Source: a virus (lineage: Duplodnaviria; Caudoviricetes). Taken from it: DNA of 64,000 bases. Positions 18,210 to 26,279 of this stretch are shown one piece after another. The translations under genes and the position numbers were made by a program. How positions within the stretch are numbered: the stretch's first letter is position 1; every line of letters begins with the position of its first letter. Under the pieces are notes generated by a model. The model was not told the origin of the DNA, did not search any database, and saw only the letters and a list, made by a program, of their open reading frames with translations. Where the stretch lies: the IMG/VR virus record IMGVR_UViG_3300046512_000357, positions 1,299 to 65,298 of that record; one strand, written 5' to 3'.

Positions 18210-18956
18210 TTACAACCTATCTCGGAAGTTCTTCGGCGTGAAGTGAACTACGCGGCCAATCACGATACAGTCAGCGCCGTGACACGGCGCAGGTTTAAAC
18301 TCGGGATTTTCGGACGTTAGATACCATTCGCGGCGCTCATATTTCAGCCGTTTAATCACGGCTTGGCCGTTGTAATTCATAGCAAAAACACCGCCGCTTT
18401 TACGGGCCTTGTCGGTGGTATTGACCACAGCGATATCGCCTTCGTACATCAGCGGCTGCATGCTATCGCCTTTGACCTTCACGGCAACTAACGAATTGGG
18501 GTGGAGATCGTTCTCCTCCAGCCACTGGCGGGGCACGTGGTGCCTACCAGCCTCGCCAGCGATCGGCTCAGGCATGAACCCATCCATGCCGGCCTGAACA
18601 TGCATCGCCACCATTTGGATTGAAACGGTGTTCGGGGCATGATCGTCGTCGTCGGTAACACCTATGAGAGCAACAGCATGCGCGACACGTTGCGCCTGGT
18701 CGCCCAATAGTACGCTGAACTCGGAAAGCCCGACCCCTAAAAGCGATGCGAACTTGGACGCAGCGTCGACGTTCAGCGGGATTTTCCCGTTCAGGTATTG
18801 GGCGAGAGCGCTCTGGCCGAACCCAAGCAACTCCGCCGCTGCCTCTTGGGAAGATGGTTGGCCGGACTCTTTGCGCGAGCGCTGCCAATCCTTGAACAGG
18901 TCTTTGAGCTTCGCGGCTTCGTCTAATTGTTGCTGTGATAGTGGTTGGGCGGGCAT
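18210..18956 (-). CDS. cI: CI-like repressor (HTH + S24 peptidase)
   Basis: SQEAAAELLGFGQSALAQYLNGKIPLN; VKGDSMQP; VIKRL; VIGRVV; divergent from cro. Confidence 0.95.
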   Translation of the reverse strand: MPAQPLSQQQLDEAAKLKDLFKDWQRSRKESGQPSSQEAAAELLGFGQSALAQYLNGKIPLNVDAASKFASLLGVGLSEFSVLLGDQAQRVAHAVALIGVTDDDDHAPNTVSIQMVAMHVQAGMDGFMPEPIAGEAGRHHVPRQWLEENDLHPNSLVAVKVKGDSMQPLMYEGDIAVVNTTDKARKSGGVFAMNYNGQAVIKRLKYERREWYLTSENPEFKPAPCHGADCIVIGRVVHFTPKNFRDRL

Positions 18957-18963
18957 AAATCCA

Positions 18964-19033
18964 AGAATATAAGTAAGCCTAATAATTATCAATTAGTCGG
19001 ACTGTTGACTTTAATTAGCAGTCGGACTAATAT
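18964..19033. promoter_or_regulatory. OR region: PR and PRM with operators
   Basis: PR TTGACT(19005)-17-TAATAT(19028); AGTCGGACT at 18995 and 19020, degenerate copy at 18972; PRM TTGATA-17-TATTCT on the - strand. Confidence 0.85.
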
Positions 19034-19039
19034 TCAGTC

Positions 19040-19318
19040 ATGAACTCGATATCCCACATCCGAGCAAAGCTCAAAGTCACTCAACAAGCCCTCGCTGAGG
19101 CGTTGCAGGTCAGTCAGGGGAACGTGTCTCACTATGAGCGCGGGCAGAGTGTGCCACCCGAAGTGGCGAAGCGACTAATCATATTCGCCGGAAAGCGGGG
19201 GCACGCGCTTACGTTCGACGACATTTATGGCGCACCACCAGCGTCATCCCCTTCATTAAGCGCCAGTGTGGCGTCTACTGCCGTGACCCAGGTCAACGCC
19301 ACCGGAGAAACCGCATGA
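19040..19318 (+). CDS. cro: Cro-like HTH regulator
   Basis: IRAKLKVTQQALAEALQVSQGNVSHYERG. Confidence 0.9.
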   Translation: MNSISHIRAKLKVTQQALAEALQVSQGNVSHYERGQSVPPEVAKRLIIFAGKRGHALTFDDIYGAPPASSPSLSASVASTAVTQVNATGETA

Positions 19319-19686
19319 AGCGCTACATCAACCGCCTGATGGCGCGCCTCGGCTACCTGCCGGCGCCGGCCAAGCTTGCCCCCAGTACCATCAACATGGA
19401 ACTCAACTTCCAGATCGACAGCACGCCACTGGATAACGCGATCGCCAAGCTCGACCAGCTCAGCTCGGCCGCCAGGCGCGCCGAGGCCGCGGTGACCGAC
19501 GCGCTGCTGGCGCAGGAAGGTGAGTTCATCGGCGCCGAGCTGGTCGCCGACAAATCGCAAGCCCTCATCCTCACCGCACTGCAAAAGCAGACCACGCTGC
19601 TGGAGGTGCTGGCGAAGCAGGGCGATCACGCCGCGCTGCGCACCGCGCCCGCCACCGGCGCTGCCGCATCCGGCCTGCCTGGCTGA
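19315..19686 (+). CDS. Hypothetical phage protein
   Basis: ATGA overlap with cro. Confidence 0.65.
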   Translation: MKRYINRLMARLGYLPAPAKLAPSTINMELNFQIDSTPLDNAIAKLDQLSSAARRAEAAVTDALLAQEGEFIGAELVADKSQALILTALQKQTTLLEVLAKQGDHAALRTAPATGAAASGLPG

Positions 19687-19765
19687 CGGCGCCGGCCCAA
19701 AAAATCGCACTACCAGAATCATCCGCATCACCTGAAAGCCTGAATCACTTTTATAGGAAACCACC

Positions 19766-20053
19766 ATGAACACCACTAGTAACCGCAAGCCCAATCCCCG
19801 CTTGAACGTCGTCAAGGTGTATCTCGGCGACGAAGAGCAGGCCACCCTGCAAAGTCACTGCCACGCCAGCGACACCAGTATCAGCGCATTCCTGCGCCAG
19901 GCTGGTATCCGCATCGCGACAGCGCACCAGCAGATTACCCGCTTCCCCGGGCGCCAAGAAGGGGCTGGTGCAGGCCTGCACCGGGCCTTCTCGTTCCCAG
20001 GCCAGGGCGTACGTCGCGTGTCGCGCGGCGCGCTGCGCCCGATGCGTTCGTGA
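19766..20053 (+). CDS. Ribbon-helix-helix-like small protein
   Basis: VVKVYLGDEEQATLQSHC...SISAFLRQAG; AGGA RBS. Confidence 0.55.
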   Translation: MNTTSNRKPNPRLNVVKVYLGDEEQATLQSHCHASDTSISAFLRQAGIRIATAHQQITRFPGRQEGAGAGLHRAFSFPGQGVRRVSRGALRPMRS

Positions 20054-20102
20054 ATTGCTGAACCGCTGCGCTCCACTCGACGCATACAGAAAGGACGAAC
20101 CG

Positions 20103-20861
20103 ATGCATCACCTGATGATCGCTGACGTGCAGATTCGCACCGATGAACATGGCCGCTTCTCGCTGAACGATTTGCATAAGGCTGCCGGCGCTGAAGCGCG
20201 CCACCAGCCTGCGCAGTTCCTGCGGCTTGACGCCACCGGAGCACTGGTAGATGAGCTGGCCGAGGAAAATGGCGGTATGGGAAATCCCATAGTGACGATC
20301 AATGGCGGCCGCGCGCCGGGCACGTTCGTCAGCAAGGAGCTTGTCTACGCTTATGCAATGTGGATTAGCCCTAAATTCCATCTGCAGGTCATCCGCACCT
20401 TCGACGCGGTTACCAGTGACTCCGCGCAAGCAACGCGCAAGCCCAAGGCGACGAAGCCGCCGGTACTGGAGGCCGCCACGATGATGCCCGCCCTAGTGCG
20501 CGCGCTGCGCGCCTGCGGCATCGACAAGAACGCGGCGGCCATTGGCGCCAACCAGATCGCCACCGCGCAAACCGGCGTGAACCTGTTGGCCATGGCTGGC
20601 CACTCGCATCTGCCAACACCAACCCAGCAAATCTGCTACACGCCGACCGAGCTGGGCAAGCGCTTCTGCCAAAGCGCCATCACATTCAACCGCCGCCTTG
20701 CTGATGCTGGTTTGCAAGAGAACATCGGCGGGCACTGGGTCCCGACCGAAAAGGGCCGTAAGCACGCGGTCGTGCTGGACACCGGAAAAGCCCATAGCAG
20801 CGGCACGCCGATCCAGCAGGTGAAATGGATCGATTCCGTTTTGGCAGAAGTCGCTTTGTGA
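20103..20861 (+). CDS. KilA-N domain protein (antirepressor-like)
   Basis: IRTDEHGRFSLNDLHKAAG...GTFVSKELVYAYAMWISPKFHLQVIRTF; C-terminal PTELGK...PTEKG. Confidence 0.9.
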   Translation: MHHLMIADVQIRTDEHGRFSLNDLHKAAGAEARHQPAQFLRLDATGALVDELAEENGGMGNPIVTINGGRAPGTFVSKELVYAYAMWISPKFHLQVIRTFDAVTSDSAQATRKPKATKPPVLEAATMMPALVRALRACGIDKNAAAIGANQIATAQTGVNLLAMAGHSHLPTPTQQICYTPTELGKRFCQSAITFNRRLADAGLQENIGGHWVPTEKGRKHAVVLDTGKAHSSGTPIQQVKWIDSVLAEVAL

Positions 20862-20911
20862 ATCCGGGATGCCGCGCCCCGTTGCGCGCGGCGAAGAAGA
20901 TGGAGAACCGC

Positions 20912-21154
20912 ATGCCCCAAGCATCGCAAATTCAACCTGGCGCCGGCGCGGCGCTGCTCGATCACTTAATCGAGAAATTGCGCCTGAAAAACGACGCCGC
21001 CCTCGCGCGCGCTTTCGAAGTGGCGCCGCCAGTAATAAGCAAGATCCGCCACGACAAGCTGCCGTTCGGTGACAGCATGATCTTGAAGGCGCACGAGAAG
21101 TACAACTTCACCGTGCAGTCGATCCGCCAACTGCTGGCCGGCGAGGGCGCGTAA
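20912..21154 (+). CDS. Small HTH DNA-binding protein
   Basis: LLDHLIEKLRLKNDAALARAFEVAPPVISKIRH. Confidence 0.8.
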   Translation: MPQASQIQPGAGAALLDHLIEKLRLKNDAALARAFEVAPPVISKIRHDKLPFGDSMILKAHEKYNFTVQSIRQLLAGEGA

Positions 21155-21156
21155 CG

Positions 21157-21309
21157 ATGACGCAGCAGCAGCAGCACCAGCACCAGGCCGCCGAGGAAGT
21201 GCGGCCAATGGAAGTCGAACCGGCGCACGTCATGACGCGGGAAAAGCACAAGCAGCGCGAACACTACGAACGCATGCTGCGCGAATTGGAAAAAGAGCAG
21301 CAGAAATAG
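21157..21309 (+). CDS. Small hypothetical protein
   Basis: MTQQQQHQH...ELEKEQQK; in operon. Confidence 0.45.
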   Translation: MTQQQQHQHQAAEEVRPMEVEPAHVMTREKHKQREHYERMLRELEKEQQK

Positions 21310-21356
21310 AAAAGGCCGCGTTGGAGCGCGACCCGATCACCCATCAGAGGAATTAC

Positions 21357-21563
21357 ATGCCTACTATTTTACAGCAAGGACCGGCGCCAGCACAGACTGG
21401 CACGCCGGAGGAGAAAGTCACGCTCGCGGCCCGCGAATGGCGCGAAAAGGACCGTGAGCACATCGCGGAAAAGAACGCCGCCACAGGCGCTGCGGAGTAC
21501 CGCGCGCGCCGCAAGCTGCGCATGACCGTCGACCTGACCGACGGGAAGGCTGGCCAGCCATGA
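21357..21563 (+). CDS. Hypothetical phage protein
   Basis: GAGG RBS; coupled to the next gene. Confidence 0.55.
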   Translation: MPTILQQGPAPAQTGTPEEKVTLAAREWREKDREHIAEKNAATGAAEYRARRKLRMTVDLTDGKAGQP

Positions 21564-21892
21564 GGAAGCTCCCACACCCCACCAGCCTTGCGCACGCGAT
21601 GCTGCGCCAGCTCGCCGCCGGCCCCGGCACCTTCTATCAGATCTGCGAACTGCTCGAATTCGATATCGAAGACGACAAGGTCGAGACGGTCTGCCGTGCG
21701 CACTTCAGCGACCTCGTGGACGCTGGCCATGCTTACCTGGTCGACCTGACCTACCACGTCACTACCGCCGCGCGCGCCGCCATCGCGCCGCCGGCGCCGT
21801 ACGTCGGCCAGATTGCCGGCCCAGCTTATCGCGGCACGCCGCATCCGATGCCAGTCACCATTGCGCGCCGCGCAGCGGGAGCGCGGGCATGA
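21560..21892 (+). CDS. Hypothetical (winged-helix-like) phage protein
   Basis: ATGA overlaps on both sides. Confidence 0.6.
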   Translation: MRKLPHPTSLAHAMLRQLAAGPGTFYQICELLEFDIEDDKVETVCRAHFSDLVDAGHAYLVDLTYHVTTAARAAIAPPAPYVGQIAGPAYRGTPHPMPVTIARRAAGARA

Positions 21893-22542
21893 CCAAATCA
21901 CGCGGCATCAACGCACCCAAGCACAAATGGACGCCCGAGCAGGACGCCATCCTGCGCAACCAATATCCCGACATGCGCGCCGCCGACGTCGCCGCTGCAC
22001 TCGGCATTCGCCTGACATCCCTTTACGCGCGCGCCAAGAGGCTGGGCCTCACGAAGTCAGACGAGTTCAAGAACAGTTCGGCCTCCGGGCGCCTTGACGG
22101 CGTACGCGGATCGGCCACCCGATTTGCATCTGGACACGTGCCATGGACGAAAGGCCAGAAGGGTATCCGCCTCAGTCCAGACACGGAGTTCAAGAGGGGC
22201 GAGCGCCCTGTGAACTACATGGCAGTCGGCTCCGAGAAGCTGCACATGGGATATGTGTGGCTGAAGATTGCCGACGGCGGCTGGCCAGAGGCATGGAGAC
22301 CGAAGCATCACGTCATCTGGGAGCGCTCGCACGGCGCCGCACCGCCGGTAACGCACCTATTGTCGTTCCGCGACCGTGACCGCAATAACTTCGCACTCGA
22401 CAACCTTGAGCTGATCAGCAAGGCAGACTGGATGCGCCGTTATACGCGCCACAACCTGCCGAAAGAGATCGCTGATCTGATGGCCCTGCAAGGCGCACTC
22501 ACGCGCCAAATCAACAAACGGAGCAAAGCACATGAGCAATAA
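21889..22542 (+). CDS. HNH endonuclease-family protein
   Basis: WTPEQDAIL N-terminus; KHHVIWE...FRDRDRNNFALDNLELIS. Confidence 0.8.
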   Translation: MTKSRGINAPKHKWTPEQDAILRNQYPDMRAADVAAALGIRLTSLYARAKRLGLTKSDEFKNSSASGRLDGVRGSATRFASGHVPWTKGQKGIRLSPDTEFKRGERPVNYMAVGSEKLHMGYVWLKIADGGWPEAWRPKHHVIWERSHGAAPPVTHLLSFRDRDRNNFALDNLELISKADWMRRYTRHNLPKEIADLMALQGALTRQINKRSKAHEQ

Positions 22543-22777
22543 CAACATCGACGCACTTCGCGAACACCTGTTTGGCGCGCTGGCTGGTCTGAAGGACGGC
22601 TCGGTGGATATCGAGAAGGCCAAGGCCATCTCCGGCGTGGCGCAAGTGATCATCAATACTGCGAAGGTCGAGGTCGAATACGCCAAAGCTACCGGACAGG
22701 GCGGCAGCGAGTTCCTGGCGCCGAAGCCAGCGCTACCAGCTGGCATCACCGGCGTCACCCAACATCGGATTCGCTGA
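22532..22777 (+). CDS. Conserved phage protein (HNH partner)
   Basis: LREHLF...DIEKAKAISGVAQVIINTAKVEV. Confidence 0.75.
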   Translation: MSNNNIDALREHLFGALAGLKDGSVDIEKAKAISGVAQVIINTAKVEVEYAKATGQGGSEFLAPKPALPAGITGVTQHRIR

Positions 22778-22779
22778 CC

Positions 22780-23364
22780 ATGAGCGTGAAGCCAATTCAC
22801 GGGCTATCTCAGGTCCCCGAGTATCGAGCCTGGCAGACGATGCGCTTACGCTGCACGGAACCCGCAAACCCTGCATACGCGAACTACGAAGGCCGGGGTA
22901 TCGCCGTCTGCGATCGGTGGCTGAATTCTCCTGCGGCATTCATCGACGACATGGGGGCGAAGCCTACGCCCCAGCACGAGTTAGACCGTCGCGACAACAG
23001 CGCTGGCTACTCGCCGGAGAACTGTCGGTGGGTGACGCGCAGCGTCAATGATCGCAACCGCCGGTCGAACCGCATGGTCACCTACTCGGGAGAAACGCAT
23101 GCACTCGCGCATTGGTGCGAGCAGTTCGGCATTCGCCCTGACACGGCAAAGAAACGCCTCGATGCAGGCTGGACGCCAGAAGAAGCATTCACGATCCCGG
23201 CGCGCACCAAGGCTCTGAATGGCCAGGCAAAGCCGCTCAAGCACGAGTGCGTTACCTGCGGCGCCCTAACCACTGGTACACGCTGTCGTCCTTGCGAAAA
23301 CAAGGCACGCCCGGCGCGCGCCAACTTCGCGCACGAGCGTGAGATTGTGATGGTAGCTGCGTGA
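22780..23364 (+). CDS. HNH-like homing endonuclease-related protein
   Basis: YRAWQTMRLRC...YEGRGIAVCDRW...LDRRDNSAGYSPENCRWVT. Confidence 0.8.
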   Translation: MSVKPIHGLSQVPEYRAWQTMRLRCTEPANPAYANYEGRGIAVCDRWLNSPAAFIDDMGAKPTPQHELDRRDNSAGYSPENCRWVTRSVNDRNRRSNRMVTYSGETHALAHWCEQFGIRPDTAKKRLDAGWTPEEAFTIPARTKALNGQAKPLKHECVTCGALTTGTRCRPCENKARPARANFAHEREIVMVAA

Positions 23365-23368
23365 GGAA

Positions 23369-23674
23369 TTACGATTTTTCGCTCGAATGGTACATAGGGC
23401 CCCGCCATTGCGGGGTGTGTTTATCCACCTGTATCTCGAGTGCCTCTACGTCAATTATTCCGGCTTGGATTTTTGCGACGGTAAAACCTATCAAGTCAGT
23501 CGCGCCAACATCGCTCGCTACCGGTGCCCAGAAGTCATTGCGTCGAAGTATGAATCGGAGAGCGGGCGCGTGCGATGGATCGCCAGTGGTAATTTCCACA
23601 TTGGCAACATCATTCCAGACCGATATGTTGGCATGCCAGCGCTCGCCGGGTTCAACTTCCATTTCGTATTTCAT
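23369..23674 (-). CDS. Antisense moron, hypothetical protein
   Basis: Low GC; GGAG RBS; extended -10 TGaTAGTAT overlapping the ATG at 23707. Confidence 0.6.
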   Translation of the reverse strand: MKYEMEVEPGERWHANISVWNDVANVEITTGDPSHAPALRFILRRNDFWAPVASDVGATDLIGFTVAKIQAGIIDVEALEIQVDKHTPQWRGPMYHSSEKS

Positions 23675-23706
23675 AACATCTCCATTGCAAAAAAGAAAAT
23701 ACTATC

Positions 23707-24144
23707 ATGATCTACGACCTATCCCGCGCCGAGCGCCAGCACCGCGCCATCGCCAACGAAAAACCAGGCCCGGTCCTGCAATCGAAGCGCTGCGCCTGCG
23801 GTAAAGCTTCGCCGGCCAAAGTGCTTGCGCAGTACAAGAAGTGCCACGGCTGCCAACTCGCCGACCGCATCGCCACGCTTCAAGACGGCGATCTGGACAT
23901 CCTGCGCCACATGGTGGGCGCGACGCCACACCACCCGATGGTGCGCTGGGGCTTCCGCAACGAATACCTGGTGAACCGCCGCGATGCGGCAGCGCTGGCT
24001 CGCCTGGTCGCCGCTGGCTTCGCGCGCGCCGGCCGCCCGCTGCTCCAGCTGCAATACTTCCATGCCACTGATGTCGGTTGCCGTCTCGCTGGTCTGTCGG
24101 CGAAACGCGCAGCCGTGGCACTGTCGCTGGGAGCGCGACCATGA
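23707..24144 (+). CDS. Hypothetical phage protein
   Basis: CxC...CxxC N-terminus; LRHMVG...GFRN...YFHATDVG domain. Confidence 0.7.
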   Translation: MIYDLSRAERQHRAIANEKPGPVLQSKRCACGKASPAKVLAQYKKCHGCQLADRIATLQDGDLDILRHMVGATPHHPMVRWGFRNEYLVNRRDAAALARLVAAGFARAGRPLLQLQYFHATDVGCRLAGLSAKRAAVALSLGARP

Positions 24145-24197
24145 CGAGCCTCGTATCCGAACTGGCCGACGTCTGGCCACTGATGCATTGCTACAAA

Positions 24198-24458
24198 CTA
24201 GTCATTTGGTTCCGATTTGGAATGCGAGCCAATCCACTCCTGAGCGTACTGGAGCACGCCATTTATTGCTTCGGCCTCGGTCAGGTATCCCTCTCCATCA
24301 GGGCCCTGTTGGACCGTTTTCCCCAGTACTACTTCGCCCACATCTGGCCCCATTCCTTTTTGGATGCTGAATTCAGCAAAAAAGCGATCACGCGGGGTTT
24401 TGAATGGATTAATGAGGATTGCGTGGCCGCCGTAACGGTGGAAAGGGGGCTTGCTCAT
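24198..24458 (-). CDS. Antisense moron, hypothetical protein
   Basis: MSKPPFHRYGGHAI...TEAEAINGVLQYAQEWI; AGGA RBS; TGcTAATCT promoter. Confidence 0.6.
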   Translation of the reverse strand: MSKPPFHRYGGHAILINPFKTPRDRFFAEFSIQKGMGPDVGEVVLGKTVQQGPDGEGYLTEAEAINGVLQYAQEWIGSHSKSEPND

Positions 24459-24493
24459 GGGGATGTTCCTAGTGTGGAAAATGTGAGATTAGC

Positions 24494-25240
24494 ATGATTC
24501 ACTACCACGGCCTCCCAATCACTCCCGCGACCGCAGCCCTTCGGGCAATCAGCGGTGGTCATGCGTTTGTGTCGTTCCGGCATCCAGAACAGTTGACTCT
24601 TGCGTTGGAGGTGTCGCAGTCGTTCGCAGTCGACAACGGCGCCTTCTCCGCGTGGCGTAGCGGTAACCCTGTGACCGACTGGGAACTATATTACGACTGG
24701 GTGGCAGAACTGCATCGCTACCCAGGATTTGATTTTGCCGTCATCCCTGATGTCATTGATGGCAATGAGGCGGCAAATGACGCACTGCTGGCGGAATGGC
24801 CTTGGCGCGAGCACGCTCCACACATTGGGGCGCCTGTGTGGCACTTGCACGAGTCACTGGAACGTCTCGGCCGGTTGGTCGCTGCCTGGCCGCGCATTTG
24901 CCTTGGCAGCTCGGGTGAATTTGCGAAGATCGGCACGCCGGCCTGGTGGACCCGCATGGCGGAAGCCATGGACGTGATCTGCGACCGATCCGGCCGGCCT
25001 TGCGCCAAGATTCACGGCCTGCGCATGCTTGACCCGGCGGTATTCTCACGCTTCCCGTTTGCCTCGGCGGACAGCACCAACATTGGCCAGAATGTAGGCA
25101 TCGATTCGGCCTGGAAGGGCACCTACACGCCGCCGACCAAGGAGGCGCGGGCGGCGATTATGCGCGAGCGAATCGAATCGCATCAGGCGCTGACGTTCTG
25201 GCAGCGTGCGGCCGCGCCAATTCAGGAGGGGCTGTTTTGA
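24494..25240 (+). CDS. TGT/DpdA-like (guanine transglycosylase fold) phage protein
   Basis: FAVDNGAFSAW, AVIPDVI, PVWH, KIHGLRM, SADST resemble TGT-barrel motifs (DSGGF, PD, HxLG, SxDS). Confidence 0.6.
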   Translation: MIHYHGLPITPATAALRAISGGHAFVSFRHPEQLTLALEVSQSFAVDNGAFSAWRSGNPVTDWELYYDWVAELHRYPGFDFAVIPDVIDGNEAANDALLAEWPWREHAPHIGAPVWHLHESLERLGRLVAAWPRICLGSSGEFAKIGTPAWWTRMAEAMDVICDRSGRPCAKIHGLRMLDPAVFSRFPFASADSTNIGQNVGIDSAWKGTYTPPTKEARAAIMRERIESHQALTFWQRAAAPIQEGLF

Positions 25241-25250
25241 TGACATTTCG

Positions 25251-25520
25251 TTACAGGAGTTTCAGAGCTTGCGCGGCTGTAATTGCAGTGCTGACAGCTG
25301 AAATTAGCGCCCCTGCAGCTGCGGCAATGCCTGCGACCATCGTCCATTTGGCAGAACGCTGCGCGGCCTCCGCCGCGATTCTGGCTGCCTCACTTGCGGT
25401 CGCCGATGAGTCGGCTGCGTTCTTGACCATCTCTTCAATTGCATCCGCAGTCCGGATGGATGCCTTAGCTTTTTCCTTCTGCAGTATCTCTGCCATCGGG
25501 TCCCAGACTTCTCGCGTCAT
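25251..25520 (-). CDS. Antisense moron, coiled coil + C-terminal TM
   Basis: MTREVWDPMAE...KWTMVAGIAAAAGALISAV; AGGAG RBS; TGcTAGTAT promoter. Confidence 0.65.
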   Translation of the reverse strand: MTREVWDPMAEILQKEKAKASIRTADAIEEMVKNAADSSATASEAARIAAEAAQRSAKWTMVAGIAAAAGALISAVSTAITAAQALKLL

Positions 25521-25553
25521 TTCTGCTCCTAGTTTTAAAGAGGAAATACTAGC

Positions 25554-26249
25554 ATGATGCGCCGCACACCCATGAAGCCCAGCACCTTGCCCTTGAAGCG
25601 CACCGCGTTCGCGCGCGGTGAGCGCATCGAGGCCCGCGAGGTGACGAAGATCATCACCAAGGCTGCGCGCGAGAAGAAGCACAAATGCGCCGTCCGCACC
25701 TGCCGCGCCGACTTCGTCCGGCCGGCGCCATTCGTCACCTGGTGCTCGCCGGAGTGCGGAACCTTGCTGGCCATGGCGAAGCTGGAGAAGCAGAAGCGGG
25801 AGACGGCCACCGCCGAGCGCAAGGACCGTCAGCAGAAGCTGGCCAAGTTCAAGCGCAAGGCCGATCACGTGGCCGACTGCCAGAAAGCCTTCAACGCCTG
25901 GGTGCGGTTCCGTGACCGCAACGAGCCGTGCATCGATTGCGGCAAGTTCGCTAGCAGCGACGCGCTGACCGGGGGGGTATACGACGCCGGCCACTACCTG
26001 TCGCGTGGCAGCCATCCACACCTGCGGTTTGACGAGCGCAACGTGTTCAAGCAGCTGAAGGGCTGCAACCGGCCTGGCGGCACCACGGCGGCATCGTTCC
26101 GCGCCGGCATCGTCGCGCGCATCGGCCTGGCCGACGTGGAGGCGCTGGAGGCGGACAACGAGCCGCGCCATTACACGGTCGACCAGCTGATCGCCCTGAC
26201 CGCGCACTACAAACAAAAACTTAAAGAACTGAAAGCGGCCGCCGCCTGA
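25554..26249 (+). CDS. ninG: NinG (Rap) recombination endonuclease
   Basis: WCSPECG, QKAFNAWVRFRD..PCIDCG, YDAGHYLSRG, LRFDERNV. Confidence 0.92.
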   Translation: MMRRTPMKPSTLPLKRTAFARGERIEAREVTKIITKAAREKKHKCAVRTCRADFVRPAPFVTWCSPECGTLLAMAKLEKQKRETATAERKDRQQKLAKFKRKADHVADCQKAFNAWVRFRDRNEPCIDCGKFASSDALTGGVYDAGHYLSRGSHPHLRFDERNVFKQLKGCNRPGGTTAASFRAGIVARIGLADVEALEADNEPRHYTVDQLIALTAHYKQKLKELKAAAA

Positions 26250-26279
26250 TGGTCGGCCCATAACCTGAACGGAGAAGTA

